DNA of 62,769 nucleotides from Thermodesulfobacteriota bacterium (GTDB taxonomy: Bacteria > Desulfobacterota > GWC2-55-46 > DRQE01). Positions 27,868 through 37,978 of this stretch are shown here, piece by piece. The translations under genes and the position numbers were made by a program. Position 1 is the stretch's first letter; each line of letters starts with the position of its first letter. Location: assembly GCA_035655515.1 (NCBI GenBank), contig DASRUI010000129.1, positions 1-62,769 of the forward strand, written 5' to 3'. Under the pieces are notes generated by a model. That model did no database searches. It saw only the letters and a list, made by a program, of their open reading frames with translations, and was not told the origin of the DNA.

Positions 27868-28611
27868 TTAAGATTGAGGTTTTGGAATCTCTGGTGTTTC
27901 TTTTTTACCCCGGAGAGTATCTCCATAATCTCTAAGCTGTTTCATTGCTCCTTCCACGTTGTCTATGTGCTCACTTATTTCTCCTTCCTTAAGCATACGC
28001 GCCTTAAAGTCTGTACCATCCGGTGCCAGTACGGCAATCTGCATAGGCCCGTTGATACCTCCGGGATTTAGTTCTATCGCATGTTGAAGCGCCCATGCCA
28101 CCACGAATATTCCATCTTGATATGTCTCGGGTTGTCCTTTGGGCCAGAAAATTTTTCGCATAAGGCCTAAAAATGGATCGGCGATCAACTGACCACTTCC
28201 GATAGAAACATACCAAAGATGTTCTGTTTTTATCTCGGGTTGAAAATCTCTAACTTGGAATTCGCATAGGTGGCTCTTTTTTTCTGCAGGAAAAGCTACC
28301 AGTGCCCCATATTGCCCTTTATCTACGTTGGTAACGGCAAAGTCTTTAATCCCAATTTCGCACATTGTTCTTGCAACATCAATATGATGTCCTTTAAATT
28401 TTTTTTCATTCCATGCCTTTTCAATCTGATGAGAAAACCTTTGTCCTAATCCCACTTGTCCAGTACCTGCTATAATAATTTTTCCATCAATAATATCAAT
28501 TTTTTTTATTGGCTGTTCGATAGTTCTAAGTCTCTCATCACCAAAAGTGGCAGAACTGTCAGCGCCAACTACCACGCCGTTCTTACATAAGACGCCGATG
28601 AGTATAGTCAT
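27868..28611 (-). CDS. Orphan proteasome-beta/HslV-type N-terminal-nucleophile (Ntn) hydrolase
   Basis: MTILIGVLCKNGVVVGADSSAT...IKKIDIIDGKIIIAGTGQVGLGQRF parallels HslV/20S beta (TTIV.V...G.V..A.D...T......K(K)I..I.D.......AG). Thr directly follows the initiator Met. Asp is at +17 and Lys at about +35 relative to Thr1. There is a later SIGSG motif. No hslU or Anbu-type neighbours. Low GC. Confidence 0.75.
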   Translation of the reverse strand: MTILIGVLCKNGVVVGADSSATFGDERLRTIEQPIKKIDIIDGKIIIAGTGQVGLGQRFSHQIEKAWNEKKFKGHHIDVARTMCEIGIKDFAVTNVDKGQYGALVAFPAEKKSHLCEFQVRDFQPEIKTEHLWYVSIGSGQLIADPFLGLMRKIFWPKGQPETYQDGIFVVAWALQHAIELNPGGINGPMQIAVLAPDGTDFKARMLKEGEISEHIDNVEGAMKQLRDYGDTLRGKKETPEIPKPQS

Positions 28612-28614
28612 AAT

Positions 28615-29049
28615 TCAATCCTTAAACACACTGTTTTGCTTCATTTCTGGATATGCTTTATAAATTGCCGACACTAGTTGAGGGAACGATAGCGAGAGGA
28701 CAAATTTAGAAATCTCGCGGATGAATTCTTGCCCTTTGCTCTCGATGGAATTCAATGCGTTATCGCCAATCTTTTGTCCATTTGGAGTTAGACGATACTT
28801 CTTCCATGTTTGACCGCTCTCGATTATTTCAACCGATCCTTCTTGACAAAGCCCTTCGAGAACCGTATAAACATTTTGGTCGAAAGGACCGTAATCGTAA
28901 GGCTTGAAATTAAAATGAGGGCCTTGCACCATTGTGGAGACGCTTTTATCGATTAAAAAAAGTAATTTCTGAATCTGCACCGGCGTATGGATTCCACCAT
29001 TAGATGCCGCAAATGATGCTAAGACAATTGATTTTTTGTCTATTGTCAT
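28615..29049 (-). CDS. Panacea (DUF4065, SocA/GepA)-like protein with winged-helix-like C-terminal half
   Basis: ATG at 29049 with AAGGAG 7 nt upstream. TPVQIQKLLFLID ... FNFKPYDYGPFDQNVYTVL resembles the LQKLLY...F.AW.YGP....VY signature of DUF4065. EGSVEIIESGQTWKKYRLTPNG looks like a wHTH wing. Its stop lies 3 nt from the start of the Ntn-hydrolase gene. Confidence 0.5.
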   Translation of the reverse strand: MTIDKKSIVLASFAASNGGIHTPVQIQKLLFLIDKSVSTMVQGPHFNFKPYDYGPFDQNVYTVLEGLCQEGSVEIIESGQTWKKYRLTPNGQKIGDNALNSIESKGQEFIREISKFVLSLSFPQLVSAIYKAYPEMKQNSVFKD

Positions 29050-29096
29050 CGAATTTCTCCTTATCACAACGTAATCAAAGATTATTTTATCTTGCC

Positions 29097-29102
29097 ATTA
29101 TA
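29097..29102 (-). promoter_or_regulatory. Possible -10 box (TATAAT) for the Panacea-like/Ntn-hydrolase pair
   Basis: The minus strand reads gttgaatcTATAATggcaag, 48 nt upstream of the 29049 ATG. No good -35. Confidence 0.3.
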
Positions 29103-29146
29103 GATTCAACGACACACCGCGATATGGATCGTGGTGCAGAGGATTG

Positions 29147-29422
29147 TCAGCGTAGACCTAATCTTTTTGCAAGTTTTTCATCTGTTGCGTAAAACTCATC
29201 TTTTTCTAATCCTGATTGACGAATCATGCTGGCCATGAGTTCATTAGAATATTGATCCGTATCGCGCTGTAATTTTTTTACAGTTACAATGCGTCTTTGC
29301 CCTTTGGTATATCCTTCCCATTGTGTATGAGAAGAACCACTTTTTGATTTCGGATTGAAATTTAACCGTCTTAAAATTCGTTCAATATCCGGACGGGTTA
29401 AGAGAGGAAGTGATTTCCCCAT
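29147..29422 (-). CDS. hicA: HicA-family mRNA interferase toxin (with C-terminal extension)
   Basis: RPDIERILRRLNF...KSGSSHTQWEGY...RRIVTV fits the HicA/YcfA pattern (..L...GF.....GSH......G....VP.H). Abuts the hicB-like stop. Confidence 0.65.
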   Translation of the reverse strand: MGKSLPLLTRPDIERILRRLNFNPKSKSGSSHTQWEGYTKGQRRIVTVKKLQRDTDQYSNELMASMIRQSGLEKDEFYATDEKLAKRLGLR

Positions 29423-29755
29423 CTAACAGGCATTTTTGATAAGACAAAATGGGATGGATTCTTCAAAAACAAGGCGTGACCTAATTGCCTTGATTTTATT
29501 GAGAAGCCAAATGCTGTGGTAAAATAGGATGTCTTTAGGGGGACTTTTGCGCTTGAGAAGTTTAGGTATTGTGGTTAAATCTTGGGTATCTAAAACGGCG
29601 CCGAGATAGCCTTTTATGGCATTTTCGAGAGACTTCTTCGCTTTATCGAGGGTATCTTCTTCGTCTACAAGGTCAAGGTCTATACATTTGACAATCCATG
29701 TGCAACGAGAGGTTTGGTATCCGTAACACCGCAGTATCATTTCTTGTGGCCTCAT
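29423..29755 (-). CDS. hicB: HicB-like antitoxin (N-terminal HicB fold only; no recognisable RHH/HTH domain)
   Basis: ILRCYGYQTSRCTWIVKCIDLDLVDEEDTLDKAKKSLENAIKGYL resembles the HicB_N/UPF0150 pattern (Y.....ED....A.CP.L......G.T.EEA..N..EAI..YL). GGAGG lies 6 nt upstream of the ATG. Confidence 0.5.
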   Translation of the reverse strand: MRPQEMILRCYGYQTSRCTWIVKCIDLDLVDEEDTLDKAKKSLENAIKGYLGAVLDTQDLTTIPKLLKRKSPPKDILFYHSIWLLNKIKAIRSRLVFEESIPFCLIKNAC

Positions 29756-29825
29756 GACATCCCTCCTTTTCGCTAAATATCGAGAAACGGTACCATTACC
29801 TATTTCACTGCGATTGTCAAGATAA

Positions 29826-29849
29826 ATTATACACTATCATTATACACTA
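29826..29849 (-). promoter_or_regulatory. Tandem extended -10 promoters upstream of hicB
   Basis: The minus strand reads TAGTGTATAAT-GA-TAGTGTATAAT. That is two perfect TGnTATAAT boxes 13 nt apart, 70-85 nt upstream of the hicB ATG. Confidence 0.45.
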
Positions 29850-29926
29850 CATAGTGCTTTTCTTCAACCCCTAAACTTCTAACGTGGCGATTTTTTAAAA
29901 GAATTCGCTTAAGACTGTTCTGCCCC

Positions 29927-32312
<2,386 letters not shown>

Positions 32313-32389
32313 GGTTTGCCAATAAAAACACCCCCTCTCGCCCGATGACCAAGATAAAGTGGGCTAAAAGAGGTTACTTGAGCGAAGAC

Positions 32390-33973
32390 TTAAAGTTTCA
32401 CCACCAACGCCGATATCATGTGGGGCAGTTTAAGAATCTTATCAGTAAGCCCTTTTGAGGGCGGCGCGTCGATGCTCCAGATGGAGACGGCCTCTCCTCC
32501 GGCTTCCGCCCTGCCGAGGTGGAGTCTCGCGATATTCACCTTGGCTTCGCCTAAAAGCGTGCCGACGTTCCCGATGACGCCGGGCTTGTCCGCGTTATGC
32601 AGGAAAAGGAGGTAGCCTTCGGGCACGGCGTCGAGGAAGAACTTGTCTATCTTCACTATCCTCGGCTCGGATTTTCCGAAGAGCGCGCCTTCTATGACGT
32701 GAGTCCTTTCCTTGGTCTTTGCCGTTATCGTGACGCTTGAGGCGAAGTCTATGGCACGCGAGCTCTTTACCTCCACGACCTTTATGCCGCGTTCCTTTGC
32801 CGCGTGAGGCGCGTTCACGAAGTTTATGTACTGGTCCGTTATCCTGTCGAGTATGCCTTTTATGCAGGATATTGTTATGGGCGATACGTCGTAGTTCACG
32901 ACGTCCCCGCTGTACTCGACCGTTATCTCGGTAATCCCGCCCTTAACTGTCTGGCCGAGGAAACTTCCGAGTTTCTCGCCGAGATTAATATAGGGCCCGA
33001 GCGCCGAGAGAAGTTCCGCCGGTATGCTCGGCACGTTAACGGCGTTCCTTATCGTGCCGTTTACGAGATAATCCGCCATCTGCTCGGCTACGGCCTTGGC
33101 GACCTTTTCCTGCGCCTCGAAGGTCGATGCGCCAAGGTGAGGCGTGAGTATCACTTCTTCGAGTTGCAAGAGGGGGTTATCCTTTTTCGGAGGCTCTTCG
33201 TCGAATACGTCGAGAGCGGCCCCCGAAACAATGCCCGATTTAATCGCGTCATGGAGGTCTTTTTCGTTCACGATTCCGCCCCTGGCGCAGTTCACGAGTT
33301 TTACGCCCTTTTTCATCTTTGAGAAGGCGGCCGCGTTAACGAGGTTTTTGGTCTCGTTAAGCAGAGGCACGTGTATTGATATGAAATCGCTCTTCGCGTA
33401 GAGTTCATCGAGCGTTACGAGCGATATGCCGAGTTTGTCCGCGGCTTCTTTGGAGATATACGGGTCGTAGGCAATGACGTGCATCTTAAGACCAAGGGCG
33501 CGGGACGCCACGACCGCTCCGATATTTCCGACGCCCAATATGCCGAGGGTTTTGTCCGTGAGTTCCGTGCCCTCGAACTTCTTCTTTTCCCACTCGCCGC
33601 GCCTCATCGAGGCGGTCGCCTGAGGGATGTATCTCGCGAGAGACACAAGCATTGCTATCGCGTGCTCGGCCGTGGTTATGGTGTTTCCGCCCGGGGTGTT
33701 CATGACGATTATGCCCTTTTTCGTGGCGGCGGTAACGTCAATGTTATCAACCCCGGTGCCGGCCCTGCCTATTACCTTAAGGTTTTCGGCGGCTTCGATT
33801 ATCTCTTTCGTAACCTTTGTCCTGCTTCTGACGGCGAGGGCGTGGTAGTCCTTTATCTTCGCCTTCAACTCTTCGGCCGTAATCTTAGTGTCAACGTCGC
33901 ATTCGAGTCCCGGGGTGTTTTTGAATATGTCCACCGCGACCTTGGAGAGGCTGTCGCTTATGAGTACTTTCAT
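32390..33973 (-). CDS. serA: D-3-phosphoglycerate dehydrogenase (long form with ASB and ACT domains)
   Basis: From the ATG at 33973 (MKVLISD). GILGVGNIGAVVA NAD motif, NCARGG, HLGAST, and a C-terminal ACT domain (LLFLHNADKPGVIGNVGTLLGEAKVNI). Confidence 0.9.
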   Translation of the reverse strand: MKVLISDSLSKVAVDIFKNTPGLECDVDTKITAEELKAKIKDYHALAVRSRTKVTKEIIEAAENLKVIGRAGTGVDNIDVTAATKKGIIVMNTPGGNTITTAEHAIAMLVSLARYIPQATASMRRGEWEKKKFEGTELTDKTLGILGVGNIGAVVASRALGLKMHVIAYDPYISKEAADKLGISLVTLDELYAKSDFISIHVPLLNETKNLVNAAAFSKMKKGVKLVNCARGGIVNEKDLHDAIKSGIVSGAALDVFDEEPPKKDNPLLQLEEVILTPHLGASTFEAQEKVAKAVAEQMADYLVNGTIRNAVNVPSIPAELLSALGPYINLGEKLGSFLGQTVKGGITEITVEYSGDVVNYDVSPITISCIKGILDRITDQYINFVNAPHAAKERGIKVVEVKSSRAIDFASSVTITAKTKERTHVIEGALFGKSEPRIVKIDKFFLDAVPEGYLLFLHNADKPGVIGNVGTLLGEAKVNIARLHLGRAEAGGEAVSIWSIDAPPSKGLTDKILKLPHMISALVVKL

Positions 33974-34131
33974 TGTCGTCCTTTTCGACAGGGCGTCATA
34001 ACTTTGCATACCTGCGTTGCGCCTCGGCTCGTCGTTGCGGCGTATGAAAAATACGCCTCACTCCTCACCTTCGTCGCGCCTTGGTCTGCTTTGTTCTGAC
34101 GTCCTGTATGCGTTTTTATTTTAGCGGTCTC

Positions 34132-35277
34132 TTATTTGTAGCCTTCCATGAGTATCGCCTGAGCCGCGCCAACACCTTTGCCCAACTCGACCTTGTGGCC
34201 GAATTTGGCGAGGGCCATCTCTATGGCCGAAACAGACACTATTATGTCGAACGTGTCGATGTATCCGAGGTGCGCCACGCGGAGGATTTTCCCTTTGAGG
34301 TGGTCCTGCCCGCCCGCGAGGGTTATGCCAACTTCGTCACGGAGATATTTTACGAGTTTTCCGCCGTCAACTCCTTCGGGCACGAATACGCCTGTCGCGG
34401 AAAAGGCCGGGTTTTCCGGAGCGAGCAACTTAAGCCCGAGGGCTTTCATCGCCGCCCTTGTGGCCCTCGCGAGACGGTCGTGCCTCGCGAACATGTTTTG
34501 AAGGCCCTCTTCCTTAATCATGAGGAGGGCTTCCCTTAAGCCTATTATAAGTGATACGGCCGGCGTATAGGCGGTCGTATTGTCGGCGAGGTTTTTTCTT
34601 TCTTTTTTGAAATCCAGATAGAACCTCGGGCATTTGGCGGTTTCGTTAAACTTCCACGCCTTGTCGCTCATCGCGGCGAAGGCGAGGCCCGGAGGAAGCA
34701 TGAAGGCCTTCTGGCTCCCCGATACGAGTATGTCAATGCCCCAGTCGTCCATGGGTATGTCGGTAACTCCCACGGCTGTTATGCCGTCAACTATTAAGAG
34801 GCAGTTTTTGCCTTTGGTGAGTTCGGCGAGCTCTTTCACGGGGTGCTGGACGGTCGTCGAGGTTTCGCTCGCCTGAGAGAATACGCCTTTTATGTTCGGG
34901 TTTTTGTCGAGTATTGCTTTGACGTCCGAGGGGTTTACTGCCTTTCCCCACTCGACTTTTATTTCATGGACTTTAAGGCCGTAGGTTTGGCATATCTTTG
35001 TCCATCTTTCCCCGAACTTGCCGCCGTTTATGGTTATTACCTCGTCCCCGGGCGAGAAGAAGTTCGTGACCGAGCCTTCCATGGCGCCTGTTCCGGATGC
35101 CGCGAGGATTAAGACGTCCTGCTTTGTCTGGAACACGTACTTTAAGAGTTCGGCGGTTTCCTTGAATATGGCGGAAAATTCAGGAGTCCTGTGGTGAATC
35201 ATTGACTGGGCCATTTTTAACAATGCCCTTTCAGGCACGGGCGTCGGCCCCGGAGCGAGAAGATAGTGCTTTTTCAT
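34132..35277 (-). CDS. Class V PLP aminotransferase (serine-pyruvate/alanine-glyoxylate type; plausibly the phosphoserine aminotransferase partner of serA)
   Basis: LLAPGPTPVPERAL...HHRTPEF ... SGSQKAFMLPPG (PLP lysine). Immediately upstream of serA in the same orientation. Confidence 0.8.
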   Translation of the reverse strand: MKKHYLLAPGPTPVPERALLKMAQSMIHHRTPEFSAIFKETAELLKYVFQTKQDVLILAASGTGAMEGSVTNFFSPGDEVITINGGKFGERWTKICQTYGLKVHEIKVEWGKAVNPSDVKAILDKNPNIKGVFSQASETSTTVQHPVKELAELTKGKNCLLIVDGITAVGVTDIPMDDWGIDILVSGSQKAFMLPPGLAFAAMSDKAWKFNETAKCPRFYLDFKKERKNLADNTTAYTPAVSLIIGLREALLMIKEEGLQNMFARHDRLARATRAAMKALGLKLLAPENPAFSATGVFVPEGVDGGKLVKYLRDEVGITLAGGQDHLKGKILRVAHLGYIDTFDIIVSVSAIEMALAKFGHKVELGKGVGAAQAILMEGYK

Positions 35278-35315
35278 AAAGCGGATTATTCCTCCTTAAA
35301 GAGAAGATTATTTTG

Positions 35316-35372
35316 AGATTGCTTCGTTACACTCGCAATGACAGTCATTGCGAGGCTTCAAGCCGAAGCAAT
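35316..35372. repeat. Palindromic repeat of the GATTGCTTC...GTCATTGCGAG...GAAGCAATC family
   Basis: gagattgcttcgttacactcgcaatgacagtcattgcgaggcttcaagccgaagcaatc. Related copies at 39779-39873 and 46435-46485. Confidence 0.75.
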
Positions 35373-35854
35373 CCCGCCTTTGTCAGGCTTAAGTATAGCC
35401 ATGTAAAATTAACAGAGGGTTTTATTTGTGTCAAGGGAAATTTTGGGGGAAAGGCGGGGCGCAAATGTTCCCTGTTGATTGCCTGTTAGGCCGGGTGTAT
35501 GATTTAGTAGGGCAAGGCTTCAGCCTTGCGTTAAAGACGCAGACCTAAAGAGCCTGCCCCCGCAATATTAAGCGGGGGTCTGCCCTACAAGTAATGACAA
35601 AACAGTGTATAGTTCGGGAAGGTCTTTTTTATTTCTTCTCCTCTCCCTCAATGAGACATACCTTATCTCCTCCCCCTCCGCCTAAGGCGGATGGGGGAGG
35701 GCAGGGTGGGGGCGGGGAGAGGGTAGAGCCTGCCTCCGCCCGAGGCGGACGAAGCCGAAGGGGTGAGGGGGAAAGGTTAGTTGCACATAAAAACGAAAAT
35801 CATCCGTTCGTCCTGAGCCAGTCGAAGGACAGACTACTTTAAAAGGAGGGCAAT

Positions 35855-36988
35855 ATGCGCTTTCGTTGCGTCAATATTCTCGTTGCATTGTTTTTTATTT
35901 TCAGTTTTTCTTCAATAGCGTATTCAGGCGAGATGGATGACGGAGTCGCGGCCTATAAAAAGGGCGACTTTGCCGCGGCAATTAAAAAATTCCGCCAATT
36001 GGCCGAGCAGGGGGATGCCGATGCGCAGTTTAATCTCGGGTTTATGTATTACAGAGGCGAAGGTGCGCCTCGGGATTTTAAGGAAGCGGCTAAATGGTTT
36101 CAAAAATCCGCCGAGCAGGGATTTACAGGGGCGCAAAATAAGATTGGTTTAATGTATGAAAAAGGCAAAGGTGTACCACAGGACTATAGAGTAATGCCAA
36201 CACCAATAAATCCAGATGAAGTTGTGTGGGACGATGATGAAGCGGAGTTGGCAGAATTAAATAAGACTGATGTGGAAGTTGACGCAGATAAAAAGGAAGC
36301 GGTTAAATGGTTTCTCGAGTCCGCTGATCAAGGGAGCGCCAATGTACGGTATGTTCTCGGGTTAATGTATTATGAAGGATACCAAAATGTGCCACAGGAC
36401 TATAAAGAAGCGGCTAATTGGTATCGCAAGGCCGCTGAGCAAGGGAAAGCAGAGGCGCAGTATAATCTCGGGTTAATGTATTACAAAGGCGAAGGCGTGG
36501 CTCAGGACTATAAGGAAGCGGTTAGATGGTGGCGCAAGGCCGCTGAGCAGGGACATGCCGGTGCGCAGAATAATCTCGGGAATTCGTATCACGAAGGCGA
36601 AGGCGTGCCTCAGGATTATAAGGAAGCGGTTAAGTGGTATCGCAAGGCCGCCGAGCAGGGAGATGCCGGTGCGCAGGGTATACTCGGGTACATGTATCTC
36701 GAAGGCAAAGGTGTGCCTCAGGATTTCAAGGAAGCGGTTAAATGGTCTCGCAAGGCCGCTGAGCAGGGGAATGCCGATGCGCAGTTTAGTCTCGGGTCAA
36801 TGTATTTCGAAGGCAAAGGCGTGCCTCAGGATGATGTTTTGGCTTATATGTGGTTTAATATTTCCGCGTATAATGGGAATTCATCGGAGACAAAGGCCAG
36901 AGATGCTATGATGAAAGTAATGACTCCGAGCCAGATAGAAGAAGCGCAGACCCTCACAAGAGAATGGCTGGAGAAAAAGGGGAAATAA
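35855..36988 (+). CDS. Sel1-like repeat (SLR/TPR-like) secreted protein
   Basis: Signal peptide, then about nine 36-aa units (A.KWYRKAAEQG.A.AQ.NLG.MY..G.GV.QDYKEA). The repeats are visible at DNA level with a 108-bp period. Confidence 0.9.
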   Translation: MRFRCVNILVALFFIFSFSSIAYSGEMDDGVAAYKKGDFAAAIKKFRQLAEQGDADAQFNLGFMYYRGEGAPRDFKEAAKWFQKSAEQGFTGAQNKIGLMYEKGKGVPQDYRVMPTPINPDEVVWDDDEAELAELNKTDVEVDADKKEAVKWFLESADQGSANVRYVLGLMYYEGYQNVPQDYKEAANWYRKAAEQGKAEAQYNLGLMYYKGEGVAQDYKEAVRWWRKAAEQGHAGAQNNLGNSYHEGEGVPQDYKEAVKWYRKAAEQGDAGAQGILGYMYLEGKGVPQDFKEAVKWSRKAAEQGNADAQFSLGSMYFEGKGVPQDDVLAYMWFNISAYNGNSSETKARDAMMKVMTPSQIEEAQTLTREWLEKKGK

Positions 36989-37084
36989 GTCCCGCCTTTT
37001 TTACTTTTCCCGGTTGCCCCTCACCTCTGCTTTGCGAAGTATTTTTCTTGGCAACTTTATGGTAAATATGTTAAATATGAATGT

Positions 37085-37402
37085 ATGGGCGAGAAGGAGT
37101 TCATAAAGACCATAAGCGTGGACGGCAATGACAGGTTAAGGGTCAGGATTATCACGCAGAAAGGCGTTGTTGCCGATGTCGTTGTCCAGTATGAAGCAAA
37201 GATAAAAGACAGATGGCATCCCGTGGTGAGGTATGATTGTTCTCATGGCTTTTTTCACAGGGATATGTTGAACTTTAAAGGAGAGGACGAGAAAAAGGTC
37301 ATTCCCATCAATAATCTGAAAGACGCGTTGACATACGCGGAACAGGACATTTCGGACAGGTGGGAGTGGTATAAGGAAAGGTTCAAAAGGAGGATGAAAT
37401 GA
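37085..37402 (+). CDS. Hypothetical small protein (first gene of an overlapping two-gene cassette)
   Basis: 105 aa. The core WHPVVRYDCSHGFFHRDM...VIPINNLKDAL is reminiscent by eye of TumE/DUF6516-type toxins (unverified). Its stop overlaps the next start (ATGA). Confidence 0.45.
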   Translation: MGEKEFIKTISVDGNDRLRVRIITQKGVVADVVVQYEAKIKDRWHPVVRYDCSHGFFHRDMLNFKGEDEKKVIPINNLKDALTYAEQDISDRWEWYKERFKRRMK

Positions 37403-37614
37403 CAAAGAAAGAGATTGCCGCGAGAAACATCGGCATGACGTTCGATTTTATAAGAAACATTGTGGACAACCCCGCTGCCGTTGCGTCAGTTCCGGACGGC
37501 GCAGAGGTTGATTTTATAGGCTCCGACTTTCCTTTAGGCCCGGAGATAGGGACAAAAGGCAAGACTGTGGCAAGGTATAAGGTCAGCCATGTGTTCGAGC
37601 AAGTAAAGCGGTAG
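37399..37614 (+). CDS. Hypothetical small protein (second gene of the cassette)
   Basis: 71-aa ORF translationally coupled to the previous gene. No family recognised. Confidence 0.4.
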   Translation: MTKKEIAARNIGMTFDFIRNIVDNPAAVASVPDGAEVDFIGSDFPLGPEIGTKGKTVARYKVSHVFEQVKR

Positions 37615-37764
37615 TTTTGCAGGCACTGGCTCTGCCCACCATTTTTTACCTTTTTAAAATCTATTTTAAGAATAGCAGGTTGATAGACAGGCGAGACGCC
37701 TGTCCTACGGAATGGCTCAGTGCGAACGGCTCTTTTCCCACCTCTTTTCCCGTCAAAATTATCC

Positions 37765-37800
37765 TTGACATGACCCCCTGCTATTGTATACAGTATACAA
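37765..37800 (+). promoter_or_regulatory. Sigma-70-like promoter with overlapping perfect 17-bp palindromic operator, upstream of mdh
   Basis: TTGACA (37765-70), a 16-nt spacer, then TATACA (37787-92). The palindrome TTGTATAC-A-GTATACAA (37784-37800) overlaps the -10. Confidence 0.4.
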
Positions 37801-37978
37801 TGTAGGGTCAGTCTGTTTTTGCCTTTTTAAACAATAAAAACCCTGCGACTTTTTATCGTATTTCGGTTTGATTTTGCCTTCCGTCTGAGGCGGAAGGGTT
37901 GCGTTCTTGATTGGCGTCATTGCGTATCAGGGCTGAAGCCCTGAGTTACGGAAGACAAAGGATTTTCGAGGAGGTCCG

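Noticed and set aside
27784-28071. ORF 27784-28071(+) and ORF 29004-29192(+) within the low-GC island.
   Set aside because: They are antisense to the Ntn-hydrolase and to the Panacea-like/hicA genes. AT-rich DNA gives long random ORFs, and these have no RBS and no motifs.
35594-35842. ORF 35594-35842(+) (PPPPKADGGGQGGGGERVEP...). Similar repeat-derived ORFs lie at 37617-37805, 12202-12546, 8936-9232, 61321-61637 and 49343-49669.
   Set aside because: They are translations of palindromic intergenic repeat modules. The same peptide strings recur wherever the repeats recur.
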